DNA of 64,000 bases from Dicyema japonicum (lineage: Eukaryota; Animalia; Dicyemida): assembly GCA_011109175.1 (NCBI GenBank), contig RDEW01000002.1, forward strand, positions 2,308,244 through 2,372,243, in the 5' to 3' direction. A model generated the notes under the pieces. It did no database searches and was not told the DNA's origin. It worked only from the letters and a program-made list of their open reading frames with translations. Of the stretch, positions 50,000 through 63,664 are shown one piece after another; position 1 is the first letter of the stretch; every line of letters begins with the position of its first letter. Made by a program: the position numbers and the translations under genes.

Positions 50000-52900
50000 G
50001 TTAACCTCTTCCATCCTGCACGGTTACACCCAATCGATCTCAGCATGCTAAGGTCGTCTCCCGTCTTTAGAAATATTAACTTAAAATGGTTTTTATGCCG
50101 TGTGATTGGGAGTGTTATCCTTGATCGCTCATGGAAGCATTTCCCTCGAACATTATTTATATATACAATTATCTAAAAGTTTAATACACTTTAGTTGTTG
50201 TGGTGTTGACATGTCCGTTTCTAATCATACCGAGAAATCGAATCCTATGGGCCTTCCTGCAAAATCAAATAAAGAAGATAGTTTAGTAGAAGCAGGACCG
50301 TCGTCTGTGGGGCTGGATAATGTCACAAGAACTAATATCAACATCGCTGGGAATATTGGTGCCAAAACCAACTTGCATTCATTATCTGCCATTATTGAAG
50401 AGGTCGACTGTGTCTCTGAAGCTGAGTGGGTATCTCAGATTTTTCTTGCCACGAAACAAAGATTTGGAAGGATACCTAGAGGTGGCTGGAACCTCGTACT
50501 CAAAAAGTTCAATGAAAAGTACTCCAAGAGTTCCAGTCTATGTCAACTAAAAAAGATGCTGAAACCTGAAAATCGGAATAACAATGTAAAAGGAGCGAAT
50601 GTTTCAAAGTGCAAAATAATACTAATGTGGAAATTTCCACCTTCAGAAATTGCCTTGAGGAACTAAAAGTACAAATTGAGAAAATTAAGTCAATTCCGAG
50701 GGATACTCGAAAACCAACACCCAAAATTCAGAGAAAGTATGTCAGAGTTAATGTTTTGTCGGGACTAAATTCTGCAATATATTATATTACGAAAGATAAT
50801 CCGCCTCAAGATATCAATCAAATTACTGATATTCTATATGCTGCACAGTGTGCTTATATGACTTTAACTGCGAAGGTTAAACCGCAAAGTACGTGGTTGG
50901 AGAACACTGAAAAGAAAATCTCAAAGCTGATGGCAGAACTAGAACTTGTCAATAGCTTTTCCAGACAAGCTCTCCCTGTGTATGAAAAACAAAAGGTTAT
51001 GGATGTTCTTTGTGCCTATGGATACAAAAGGGCCAAAAAGGGGAGGTTGCCAGGATTGAGGCTCTACTATGTGACCTTGTCAGAATTAAGAAAAGCAAAT
51101 AGCTGTACATCATTCGAGGAAGGACTTTCGCAAGGACAACTGTTGTTTTGAATTAAATCGAAGAAGATTTTATCGGAACCTATCAGCAAGCAATGAAGTA
51201 ACGTTATATGGTTTCGATGATGAGGATTGTATGTCGTTTTGGGAAAAAGTGTGGTCTAAAAGAAAAGAGATGAACGTGCCATATGACAGTGTGGGTAAAG
51301 TAAATACTGGTATTGAAGGCATGTTGCCAGAGTTCACAAATGAGTTTATCCTGGATGTTATTAAATGGCTCCCTGATTGGAAGGCGTGTGGATGCGATGG
51401 CTCATATAACTTCTTTATTAAGAAAATGGAATCTTTACATGGCTTTTTATGTACTGAGATTAACCGAATTATTAATGGGGAATATATGCCTGAAAGTTGG
51501 TTTTATACTGGAATAACCTATTTAATTCCTAAAAAGGATGATTGTGAGACTCCTAATGACTTACGTCCTATCACGTGTATGCCAACTTTATATAAACTTA
51601 TTACCAAATGTGTTAATTCCAAACTCTCAGATTTTGTGGATTCGTTTGGGCTATTATCTGACAATCAGCTGGGAACGAGGAAACATTGTCAGGGCGCTAA
51701 GGAACAGGCCCTTATTAATCAATGCTTAAATAAGGAGTATGGAAACGCCCTTTATTCTGCTTGGGTGGATGTGAAGAAGGCCTTTGATTCTGTTGACCAT
51801 GAATTTTTATTTCATGTATTGGACTGCTCAGGAATACCCCGTTGGATTGTAAACTTTGTAAAGACCATAGTCAAGAAGTGGACTGTAAATCTCCACTTAG
51901 ATGGAAGAAGAATTGGTTCTGTAAAACTGGGACGGGGAATTTTGCAAGGAGATTCATTATCCCCTCAACTATTTGTTATGGTAATGGAACCCTTGAGCAG
52001 GACCCTTAACTTTATGTTCCCAAGACTCCAAATTAATCAGGAGGATCCTAATACACTGACTTATTCTACAAATCATTTGTTATTCATTGATGACCTAAAG
52101 ATATTTGGGCTAAAAGAAGATACTGTTATTAAAATGATGGAAGTTGTTCGCGATTTCTTTCATGTTGCCGGCTTGGAGATGAATTCGGAAAAGTCACTGT
52201 CTAATGTTAAATCGTTATCATGTTGTGAGAATCTGGAAGGAGTCAGTGGATATCGATATTTGGGTGTTTTTGAAGATGAGGGAAGTAATGTTCTTAAAAG
52301 CAAAGTTATGGAGTCCATACTTGAAAATGTTAAGAAGAGAATAACCATGCTTTCAAAAACAAAGTTAAATTCTGTGAACTTATTTCGCGCAATAAATGAA
52401 TACGCAATGTCCCTATATAACTATTATATAGGATTAATTAATATTGAACCATACGAATTTGATGATATTGACCAACAAATACGGCAACTGCTTACGTCAC
52501 TCAAGTTGCACCTCAAACCTGCAAATAAAGAGAGGCTGTATTTGGACAGGAAGACTTTTGGAAGAGGACTTTCCTCGATTTCATTAAAGAGCGAATTAAT
52601 ACTTTTCCAGTTTTTTAAAAGTTTGGAAAAACATCGACTGTGTGTTTGCGAAGGTCGGGGATTCTGCGAGTAATAAAAACAAAAAAATGGCACTTGGCTA
52701 CAATCGCAGGATTTCTTGCCTCTAAATATGCAATTGCCGACAGGGAAAGCATGGATATTAAGTCCCTCAAGGACACTCAGAAAAAATATTTATTAAATAA
52801 AATTTATTGCAGAACACTACACTCAATTATGTTCAAATGTATTGATGAAACAAATGTCGACCTATATACTTCCTCAGAATGGTTATCCAAAGGAAATAAC

Positions 52901-53860
52901 GGCCCACGGAGCGAAGCATTGTACTGTCTTTTGCAAGATAGGAATTTGTTTTTTGCACACACGGGGTCATTATGCAACCATTGTAAAAAAAGCAAGAAAA
53001 CTGTTGATCATTTGGCCACTCAGTGTGGAAAAATGCTAAATAGTGATTATCTCCGAAGACATAATGAAGTGGTAAAGTGCATCCATCTTCATCTTTGTCG
53101 AATTTATGGAATCAAAAGAAGCAGGAAATTGAAAGGACATTCGGTTCAGTCAATATTGACGAATCAAAATGTCGAAATTAGAGTTGACTCGTCGATTTTG
53201 ACAGAAACAAAAGTCCAATACAATAAACCTGATATTTTCGTGTATGACAAAATAAAGAAGGAAGTAACGTTAATTGAAGTGGGGATTACCTCACAAGACC
53301 GACTAAAGCAAGTTGAAGTTGAGAAACTTCACAAATATGACTTGCTAGCAAATGAACTTTCGCTGCTCTATGAATGCCAAGTGAAGATTATTCCAGTGGT
53401 TTTGACATGGGATGGAGTTGTCTCAAGATGCTTCAAGAATCATATGGATAAATTATCTATTGAAGAATCAACGAGGACTTACATCCAATCGGTTGTACTG
53501 AAGAGAACGCTCGAAAGTATGCTCATTGAACATAAGCATGGGATGAAGGTATACGATGAAGAGTACGCCTCTGCTACCTCCCAACTTGTGGAACTGGCAT
53601 GCCGTGAAGACAGCCCACTGGACTCTAACGGAGATATTTTGACTGAATATGATGTGGAGATGCGGAGTAACAGGGAGGTTATGGCACACTCTTCTTCTAA
53701 GAGAAGAAGAGGGATTACCAACAATCTGGATCAAAATACGCTTAATTAATTAATTAGTTAATTTATTCGTTATTATTCTAAAAGTTTTATCTCTATTGTA
53801 TAAATCGCTATCTATAGAGCAAAATTAAGACTGGAAAAGTTTGAAACTATATTATTATTC
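50000..53860 (+). mobile_element. Near-full-length R4/Dong-like non-LTR retrotransposon (RT, Cys/His knuckle, RLE)
   Basis: One long ORF from about 50211 to 53749, split by a few frameshifts: WKACGCDG, LRPITCMPTLYK, GILQGDSLSP, HLLFIDDLK, GGRG-like FGRGL, CNHC..HLATQC, RRHNEV, NKPDI..LIEVG..KLHKY. Confidence 0.92.
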
Positions 53861-54949
53861 ATTTTTAACAACGATTTTGATATAATATAAATTTTGTAGA
53901 TAAATTTGTCATAAAATTAAAAAATGCCATTTTTGAAATTTTAAGGTCCACAAAGTTGTTCCTAGTTTATCATTCAACAAAGTCATTTTCGATACAATTG
54001 AAATCTCTGTGGATGAATGCTTTTGATCTTTCTATATCAAAACCAGTGTTAAGGACCAACACTGGAAGCTGAGTTGGAAGAGGTTATAAAAAAATATTCT
54101 TATGTCTTTTGTATTATAAAAAATCAAAAATTCACTAAGTGGTCTATCAAAGCCATTTCGTTGGATCAAATGAGGGTTTTTTAGTGCCGGTCCTTCAGTT
54201 AGCAAGGTCGATGATCCTTTTTAGTGACAAATCAATTGGGTACCCCATGATAATGTAAATAATGTAGAGTTACATAGCTTCCATGTAACCTTTATGGACA
54301 AAAGGAGATTACACAAAAGGAACGCGGATAGTGGAAATGATGGCATTCAAAGGATTTCTATAATTGAAGAAGTAACTTTTAAGGAAATGGATGTTTTTAT
54401 CAATATTTCGATAGTTATTTTTCCCTAATTTACGGTTGACGGATGAGCTTCTCCGAAAGATGGATCATTTAAAAACTTGGAAAAACGAGTAGTTATGGTC
54501 TCAAAAAGGCATGAGAAATATTTGATAGAGACAGAAGAAAATTATAAAACCTATAAAGGAGGAGGTTGAGAACAGATAGCTGTTTTCAGTAAGAGGAAGC
54601 AGATACTTCTCACTTATGTTTAGCTGCTGGAAGAGGGGTACTAAAAGTGGGGGATGAAATTTCAGATTAGCGTTTTCTAGCAAATTGTTCTCAGGTGGAC
54701 AATATGAACTTCAGATAGGAGAAAAATATTTATTTATATAATTTAATAATTATACAAAAAATTAATTAATAATTTTAGTGCGGAAAACCAATATTTTAAA
54801 ATTATGGTCTCAAACCTAAATCATTGTGGTGACAATTTTTGAAATAATTAACTCCAAATTTGACTTCAGAAACGTCAAATATGGATTCATAATATCACCT
54901 ATATCTGAATAACTACCTGCCTGTGTTATATTCTTAAACGAGTCTGTGA

Positions 54950-55440
54950 AACCTTCCAGAATGACTGAGCATTTGCAAAAGGTTTGAACGAACCTCAGAC
55001 GTTTACCGAAGAACTACGAAAAAAGCAAAAAAGCCGACAATGGTTGGGCGAAATATTAATATACGTGGAGATGATGGTTTTGTCCCAACTTATGTCATTG
55101 ATTCAGACATCGACAAATCTGGGAGACAGCGCACAATTGGAGAAGAACTTATAATATCATCGATTCGAGAACTGTTGACAACAGCAATGTGCCAACATTT
55201 TCAGAATATTATGAAGTCTATTTCACAAAGGATTTGAGATCAACCACGTGTATGCCTGGATTATACGAACTTGTTAATGAAAGTATCCCTCAATATGCTG
55301 GAGGGTTCGATTTCAATTCAGACTTCCAACTGGGAACAAAGAAATATTACGAAGAGGCTAAAGAACAGGCTCTTCTAAACAAGTGGATTAACGAGAAACA
55401 TAACGATACCCTCGTCAATAGGGGATTCGACTTAGCGGAC
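54950..55440 (+). mobile_element. Decayed R4/Dong-like RT fragment
   Basis: DLRSTTCMPGLYELV and QLGTKKYYEEAKEQALLN match the 51231 ORF. Confidence 0.75.
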
Positions 55441-55569
55441 CATGAAGTCAAATTTCTGGGTAATGTCAAAAAAGTCAAAATTTGATTTTTATGTCAGTAA
55501 TGTCAAAATTTTAGAGATTTTGAATAAAATACTAACGTGTCATCAAATGTCATGCCGCGTTCAATCTGG

Positions 55570-55782
55570 CAGATTGAATCTGCCGGAAGTATTACAGCCT
55601 CTTTCCTAAAGGAAATCGGGGGAAAATTGGCCCACCGCAAGAAAGACGTGCGGGAAGCGGTCTGGCTGAGGCAAAGAATTGGTATCGCAGTTGTTCGCGG
55701 AAACGCTTACTCCGTGATATCAGCAGCCGCTTTCCCCCAGTTAATAAATAATATTTTATTGTTAATAAATTTTTGAAAAAAA
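55570..55782 (+). mobile_element. CRE-clade 3' fragment, second family
   Basis: FLKEIG..REAVWLRQRIGIAVVRGNA, AATAAA, poly(A), flanking AATCTGG direct repeat. Confidence 0.82.
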
Positions 55783-56196
55783 AATCTGGAAGATTATTGA
55801 GAAGGCTAAGACTGTTGTTAGAAAATATCCTGGAGATTATCTTTTATTGAATCTATCGTCTGAGAAAAATTCAAACTACCAGGTTTATCATTTTATTACT
55901 ATTTCACAGATCACTGATTTTCTCATTCCATCTACCGACTCTAGGATCAATGAGGTCACTAATGCTTACTCGAATATGATTTCTTTCCACAAGCTAACAT
56001 TAAGTTTACAAAACTGTTCGAGGAATTGGACATTGACTAACTTCTATGCAAAAGTGTGGAAAATTTATGCCAAAGGTGACTTGAGCGAGGGTATTTTTGA
56101 GTCTTTATCACATGCATTTATTATAGAGTTGGAAAAAATTGGTTTTATCTACGAAATCGATATAAATACGTGTGAATTCACAAATAAATTTCTTCC

Positions 56197-56815
56197 ATAA
56201 AACAGAAACTCTCTTAGGAGATACAGAAGACATACTATGAAGAAAATCTCTAGCAGCTTTCGCTCTTAAAAGACTAAACAACGTATGGTTACGAGGTAAA
56301 CAAATCTCTGCCTCGTTAAAAATAAAATTATACAATATGTTCGTAAAACCGGTTTTACTGTACAACTCTTCTGGGCATTCACAATCTCTGAACTCCTTTC
56401 ATATAATGCAGCTAAGATACATTCTAAGAATTTCCTGGCCAAAGCACATCTCAAACAAATACCTCTATACCCATTACAATATCCATTCATTGGACGGAGA
56501 AACAAGAAGTAACAGATGTGGCTTATTTGGTCACATCCTAAGAATGGACAGGAATACTCCCGCTAATTTCGCGATGGAACACCACTATGCTCCTCATCCG
56601 AGATCGACTTTCCGGAGAAGACCACGAATTACTCTACCACTCTTCTACATCAAGACCTAACTTCTATTGGAAAGGATTGACGTCGGCAGATGATCTTGAG
56701 CACATGAGGGACTTATCGAGGAACAGAGGGAACTGGAAGCGATTAACAAAACGCATCCAGGAGAGGTGCACAAGCGAGATAACTTTACTAACGTTGTTTA
56801 AAGCTACTATGTATG
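56197..56815 (+). mobile_element. RTE-like LINE 3' fragment
   Basis: FVKPVLLYNS..LFGHILRMDRNTPAN..RRRPRITL. Confidence 0.82.
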
Positions 56816-56834
56816 TCTTGGAGGAGCATTCATC

Positions 56835-57080
56835 TTCGAACCAGTGGCAGGCGAAACGACAGAATTATTGAAAGCAGGTCACTGAACCTGATAAACAGAA
56901 TCGGCTCGCTCATCGCGAAGAATAAAAACGATAGGAGAGAAAGAAGCTGGCTCATTGAGCGCATTTCCTTGCAATTCGTCAAGGGAAATGGGTTTTCAAT
57001 TATGAGAACAATTGTAACTTAGTTTTTGAGTTTAAATAAAATTTTCTTTTAATAAGTTTTTTATTACAAAAATAAAAAAA
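56835..57080 (+). mobile_element. CRE-clade 3' fragment, third family
   Basis: RERSWLIERISLQFVKGNGFSI*, AATAAA and an A-rich tail. Confidence 0.78.
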
Positions 57081-57669
57081 CAACATATTTTTCCACCCAT
57101 ATACAACTATTTGAAAAAATGTCTTCCAATGATTATCTATTCAGAAAGGTTTTTATTGTAAAATATTATCTAAAACCGAATTTTTTAATCTGAACACGTT
57201 TTTAATTAGATTATTCTATATTTTAGTAGAGTTGCTTTTTTTATATTTAAAAAAATTTTTTTTCTATTTTTTATAGTCAAAAATGGTTAATATTTTAAAT
57301 TTTTAAAGTCAATTTTAAATCATAATTTCGGATCTTTAAGGCAATTTGCTTAATTTGTCTTACGTCAGAAAGAGCAACATAAGCGGACAAACCCCACGAT
57401 ATTTGGTTTTTTCTCTCGCCGTTGAAACTGTTAACCTCGACGCTCGAATTCCTGTGTCTGTTAGGGAGTTGGATTTCTACACGCACCGAAGATCTACGGG
57501 CTCGCCTTGGATATTGGAAGGGTTCTCAAGTGCGGCACTTGGTCCGTCAAACATAAAAATAAATTTACATTAAAATTAATTGTAAATAAATATTATAAAG
57601 ATTATATTTTAATTACACGTGTTAGCAAATATTTGTTAGGTAGAGTATCTGTTCATGTCTACAAAGAGA

Positions 57670-58130
57670 TATTGAGCTCTGTCTCTAGAAAATAGAGAAT
57701 TTAAATTAGAATGGGAAGAAATTTTTTTTTCCGTTGAAAAGAATGGTAAAGGAGTTTGTTTAATATTCAACTGCGTTATCAAATCATTGAAAAATTTTAT
57801 TATTGAACGCCATTAAAAAACACTCCAAGAAATAAAATTTATTTCATGGAGAGTCAAGGAAAAAAACTCGATATATTAAGACGTCATTTAAAAAGCAGTC
57901 CTCAATATTTAAACCAGTGGACAATATTAACATCTTATAAAATTAGTCACCTAATTGTTGTAAATATGAAACTTTATTCTGATGGAAAAATTATTAAAAC
58001 TGCTATTTCCATTTTTGTGATGAATGCTGTCCATAAATATTCAAAATATTGCAAAACGATTACCATGAGTAATGATACTGTTACAAGACGAATAGAATGT
58101 ATTTATGAGGACCTTACCCGTCAGCTAATC
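57670..58130 (+). mobile_element. hAT (Buster-like) transposase N-terminal remnant
   Basis: SYKISHLI..YSDGKIIK..MSNDTVTRRIE. Confidence 0.72.
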
Positions 58131-58439
58131 AAGTTCTTTGTTATTAAAAATATAGACTTTTCTGGAAGTCCTCATGCGGCTAGATTCCGGGATGACTCAA
58201 GGTACTTTGCAAACAGCCGCCTGATAAGTACATGTGTAGAATCGAGAGAAGAACATCGAGCAAAGATGAGGGTTTTATTCGGACATATCAGTATCATGTG
58301 ATAGTTGGTTTCGATTTTTGACCTTGGTCTTGAGGTGTTTTAAAAAGTCTTCTAATAGATATAATAAAGACGACATTTTTTCAACGTTCTCAAGAAGATC
58401 CTTTTCAATAATATTTCTTGAATTTTTTGTATTATGTTC

Positions 58440-58835
58440 TCATTTACTAAAGGTGTGCTAGTAGCCCGATTTTTGAAACCTTAATCGATCGAATCGCGTT
58501 CCTGTCTTTCGCAGACGAAACAGTTAAAACCATAGTTCCGATATGACCCAAGTCGGAACATTAGTGTCGGAATTATTATAGTCTGCTCAGTAATGTGACG
58601 TTTGTGTTTGTCGATGTGGAAGCCTGTCGGCACCTAGACGTTTGTACTACATTTTCCTCAAAAGACTCGGAAACCTCATCTTAGCCCGTTAAAGAATCCC
58701 TCGTGAATGGTATTCAGAGAAGGAATACCATTGAAGTCATGGAGCAGGTTTTTCTCGCAGTTCAGAAAAGGTATAGCATTGAAGTCATGGATACGATTCT
58801 CCAACTCAAATTTTTTGCTTTAATTTTTAAATTAA
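58440..58835 (+). mobile_element. Decayed CRE-clade RLE fragment
   Basis: FVFVDVEA..LKRLGNLI..LAVQK..IEVMDTI remnants. Confidence 0.5.
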
Positions 58836-59399
58836 TATTAATTATTTGACGCGAATTTTATCTTGAATACATCAGCACAATTGCACATAATTAAAATAAA
58901 TATCTGTGCTATGATCTGCCTAGGGCCAGAGATTTGCCTCGAATGCAACCAAATTTACTAAAAATAAACTAAATCCATGATCGTTTATCGGTCCAGGCCT
59001 GAAGATTACAGCATTGAGAAATTCGGCATGTACCAATGCGCGTTTTCAGCATCATTTAGTAAAGTAATTCTTGAATTTCCATGAGCTACTACTTATACCA
59101 ACTGCTGTCTCTCCGATCAATCAAAATCATTGAATTACAAAATATTTATTACGTTAAATTTAAATTATATTTGCTTATTTGCGGATTGTAAAGATAAAAA
59201 ACAATTACAGCAAACTTTCGCAAATTTGCCATTTTTGGTTCCAGCAAAATTGTGGCAAATTTGAGAATTGGCAGATTTCAGAATAAAATTTTATTTGAAG
59301 TTTTAATTTATTTATTTAAAGATAATTAAACTATTTAAAATAATAAATTTTATTTTTAAGGAAAACAATATTTTTAACCAAGGAAACAAAAATTAATTT

Positions 59400-60060
59400 A
59401 ATTTTATTAAAGTAATACTCAATTCCCAATTCCCTCTTTTAAGAATTTTTAATATTTTCTTAATATCTTCTTATTGAAGTGATGAATTCTGCATCATTGT
59501 CATTTTCAATGTTTTCTAGAAAATAATTTTCAATCGCTCTTTATTTTAAAAGCATTTCAGCCTTATTTAATGACTCATGTAATTTTACACAACCAGATTT
59601 GTATTGTTCCTCAATGGCAGTTAATTTTTCTTCTTCATCAATTGCCTCGTTTTCACTGTAATCAATTGAAATGAATTCTTCTAATTCAAATAGAATTATA
59701 AATATTTGTTCTGGACCCGATTTCATTGGTCACATTTATGTTAGTAAGTTCCTGATCGCAATCTGCACCTTCTAGACGTTTAAAAACAGTTTGAAATTGT
59801 TTGAGAGTTCACATCTTACCATGACATTTTTACAAACAGTACAATATCCCTAAGATTTAACTTCTTATTTGATTCATATACTGAGCTCTTCTTGCATTCC
59901 AATATATTCGTTAAATATAGTAATTTGTGCCTTGTAAAATAAAACTTTGAAAGATTTGATGATTCCCAGATCCATAGGTTGAATAAGTACTTTGGAATAA
60001 ACATAAATTGATATTTTCCAGATAAAGAGGTGGGCAATTATCCATTAATAACAAAATTGA
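59400..60060 (-). mobile_element. pogo/Tigger transposase remnant
   Basis: LIQPMDLGI near 59965-59990 and an acidic tail EEFISID. Confidence 0.68.
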
Positions 60061-61099
60061 TCTTTTTCTATAGATTGTCAAAATTCGTAATACAAGTCTT
60101 AAAAAATGATAAAGTCATCCACGCCCTTTTAGAATTGTAACAAGAAACTAAGGAATTACAATCATATTTTTTGAAACATCTTGGAATCTTGGTTTCCTAT
60201 ATCTAGTGGGAGAGTCGAACACAAGTAGCGATCGGGTGAATCGAATCCTTGAAGTATTGTTATGAGCACCCTAAGCACTAGTGAAATCAAAAAAATATTT
60301 ATTTATACAAAATAAAATATCAAAAAACTCGAGAACACAAAAAAGTGATTGCGAAACCCAGTCAGAATCTCACAAACAAGCAGAATACAATTATTCACTA
60401 TATTCCAAAATTTCAAAGCCCCATCTGACGAACAGCTCACCAACAACCCCTTGAATCTGATTTGATAAATACAATAGAACCTTCAACATGAGCTGTATGT
60501 GTGGACAACAACACAGTCTCCAGGCATTTATAAAACGAACAACTCCCCACAAGAGAGACCAACACGAGAAACAATTATCCTAAAGTAGAATAACCACCAA
60601 ACCAACATCATGGTCAACAGCAGTGACAGAGAGGACATCTCGAAATCTATGGGTTTTCGCCAAAACTAAGGATTTTGCGACCTTTACCATAAATCATTGA
60701 AATACAGGTTGGAACACAACGAATAATGGCAAACAATTATATAATAATAACAACCAGAGAGCAGCGGTTACTAAAACTAACAAATGACCTGATCCCAGCA
60801 GCGCTAGCAGGGGCCTCATCTTGGCCCGATGCTCCTCCTCGTCCCACACAAGGCGTATCGGTCGAGTGACTGACCTTCGCAGTCACAAAGGCGTGTTCCG
60901 TGGTTCATTCTTATCAAGGCTTCAAGAGGCATTGGTGGTTTGATTTCTCCAGGAATATAAAATCCTCTTCGTGAAAACGTGCCCATTTTATTTCCGTAGC
61001 TAAAATAAGTAAATATTAAATAAAATAATTTAAATTAATTATAAATAAAAATTTAAATATTAAATAAACATATAAATTAAAACCTCCCTTCACCTTTGT

Positions 61100-61465
61100 G
61101 GTGTGATTGCTTCCAGAAGTCAGATTCCAAAGCTTAAAGAGCGCCAACAAGCGATAGGGATAGCAACAATTCCCTGATGAGGCAACGTTGAAAAATGGCC
61201 AGGGTTTCCTACGTTTCTGCAAGGAATTGGGAAACCCATTCAAGGAAAAGGTGGCCCATGCAGAGGAATTTCGGTCGGTAATAAAAAAGTGCACGCCGAT
61301 CGAATTCCTTTGCAGAAGCAAGAGAAGACGCTTCCGGTGTGCGGTTGGATCGTCAGAAGACCAATTGAAAAGAGTCCGGATGTTGCTGGAAGCTTGGATC
61401 ACTTAATTAGTTAGTTTTGACCTATCTTTCCTGGTGGTCTTGGGGTTAATTAAATAAATAAAAGT
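61100..61465 (+). mobile_element. Jockey/I-like LINE 3' fragment
   Basis: GQGFLRFCKELGNP..LLEAWIT*, then the conserved short UTR and (TAAA)n; homologous to 20785-21100. Confidence 0.7.
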
Positions 61466-61899
61466 ATTTTATAAAAGATTTACACCAATTTTTGTTGGTA
61501 TACCATAATTTTCTAACATTAAAATCAAAAAACTAACCCACATCAAGTTGTCCTGATGCCTAATAAAGTTACCATAAAACTACTAAAGAGTACAACATTA
61601 TAAAATGCATGCTGAAGGGACAAGACCTGAATGTATCAGCAACTCTGAAGTATAGAAAAGCTTTTATTTAATTTTAATTAAAATTTTAGGAGGAATAAGC
61701 AGGAATTTAATATTATCGTTGTATGCTACCATGTTCCGGAATTCGTTCCTTGACAGGTATGGGATCGTATGTACGCATGTTCCGGAATTTGCTTTCATAT
61801 CCCCGTATACCTAATATGAAGTGTGGAAAAATAATATTTATTACATGTTATTTATAGGCGAGTAGTCTCTTACCGATTCCAAAGAGTATCGCGGTATTC

Positions 61900-62215
61900 C
61901 TCGATTCAACATTGTTGTGGAATCATGTTCACGATAATCCTAAAAGTTTTAAAATGATGAATTGGATTCCATCAAAATATGAGTTAGATGTTGGAGATGT
62001 TGTATTCTACTTTTAATTGCTTAAAGCTTTGTATTAAAAAAGATTATGGGACAAGGCCTTTTCTTCGATTAAAAAAATTTGAACATCCGTATAGGGATCC
62101 AGTAGCTATTGTCGAGAAATTGTCTAATAATTTTGTCAAAGTCGAAGATAGTGCTGGGTCTATTAAGAAAGTTCATTCACAACGAATAAAAAAATTCAAG
62201 ACGACTTGAAATAAT
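61900..62215 (+). mobile_element. Gypsy/Ginger-type integrase C-terminal remnant
   Basis: KKFEHPYRDPVAIVEKLSNN..VHSQRIKKF resembles the GPY/F module. Confidence 0.55.
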
Positions 62216-62479
62216 AGTTAATCACTTGTTAATTGTTGATAATTGGCCTTAGTAACTTTGATGTAATAGATTTTTTTTATTTTGATGATGATTGACAGTG
62301 ATGGATCACTCTCAGCGCTCGCGACATATTAACCCTGACAGTATAAACACATATTAGCTAATTACATAGACGACTTCCCGGAATTAGAGATATATACTCT
62401 CTGAAGACTCCTGTAAGACATCAGTTAGCATATAGACTTGAAAATACCTATCAACTTTAAACTGCCATAACAGTTTGCA

Positions 62480-63330
62480 TATAGGATTGCACATGCCTAT
62501 CAACTTTCAATTATTCCCACGTCATTGCATATGGAATGATGACGACTTTGCAAATGTATGCTCTGGACGACCTCATTATGTCATGATATTGCATACCCAC
62601 GCATTTAGTGGGCGAATGATCAGATACGTATCTGACTTTCAATGATGGCATATCTTCGATCACTCCAAAACAGATTCCTGTTGAAGGTATATAGTGCCTC
62701 ACTTCAAGGTGCATTATTACCATAGTTTAATTACGTCGTTAAAGATTTAACATCAACGTGAGGGTTATCCAATTCCTGAAGAGACTAAGTTAAGGGATTT
62801 AAGTTGATCTTTCTTTGCTTGATCAACGCATTCACAATTCAACCTCACCATTATTGACACCATATTCGCAGAAATTTATGTCGTATAGTGTCTTTGTGAA
62901 TGTCCCGGCTTTTTCATATTTATTATTACACATTACCTGACACACTAGACCCGACCACCAGGATCTTAAGGAGGATGCGTTCGATCAGGTGAGTTACTGC
63001 AGACAACTCCCGACGAATTCAACACGTATTAAATAGAGCTTTTCTTTATTCGCAGATCAGATATGGACGAGGTTGTCCCACGGTACTTGTCTGATCACAT
63101 AGTCAATGTCATCTACTCACACGACACGAAGTCTACTGAAACAAATTCCTATTTAGTTGAATCTTACATAAGAGTGATGCACTGGCCCATATTTCGTCAA
63201 TCATTCGGTTTTGGAAGGGGATAAGAGGCGTATGACTCACAGGAATATCAAGATATTTAAAACCGTCTGGTCTTCTAGTTGCCTCACCAAATCTCCATAA
63301 GAGAATTGACTTGGAAAAATTGAAAACACA
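62480..63330. mobile_element. Old R4/Dong-like RLE fragments
   Basis: CKVVIIPYAMTWE on the minus strand matches CQVKIIPVVLTWD; weaker remnant on the plus strand. Confidence 0.5.
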
Positions 63331-63664
63331 TTCACTACCAAAAATCTGAAAACATATTCACTCAACGACCTGTGATTTTCATCAGACGAAGAGTACAGTT
63401 TTATCATCAATTAACATAAGGTGATTCATACTAAAGCAGACTTTCCCATAAATGATGGGAACCTGTTTGAATTGAGAATTGATGAGTCTGCTCAACGGTT
63501 CGAGAACACAAAGAGCAGCGGAGATATATCCTTGCAAAATCCCCTTTTAATAGTAACCTCATTAATATTATCTTCGTTATAGTGTAACACTCCATCTGTT
63601 TATGACGGATTAAACAAACTAAATGAACCACACAGGCAAACAAAGGCCACTTGCAAAGGGTGGG

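Noticed and set aside
60790-60900. GC-rich stretch resembling an HDV ribozyme
   Set aside because: The minus strand encodes the LINE C-terminus EEHRAKMR, as at 58250.
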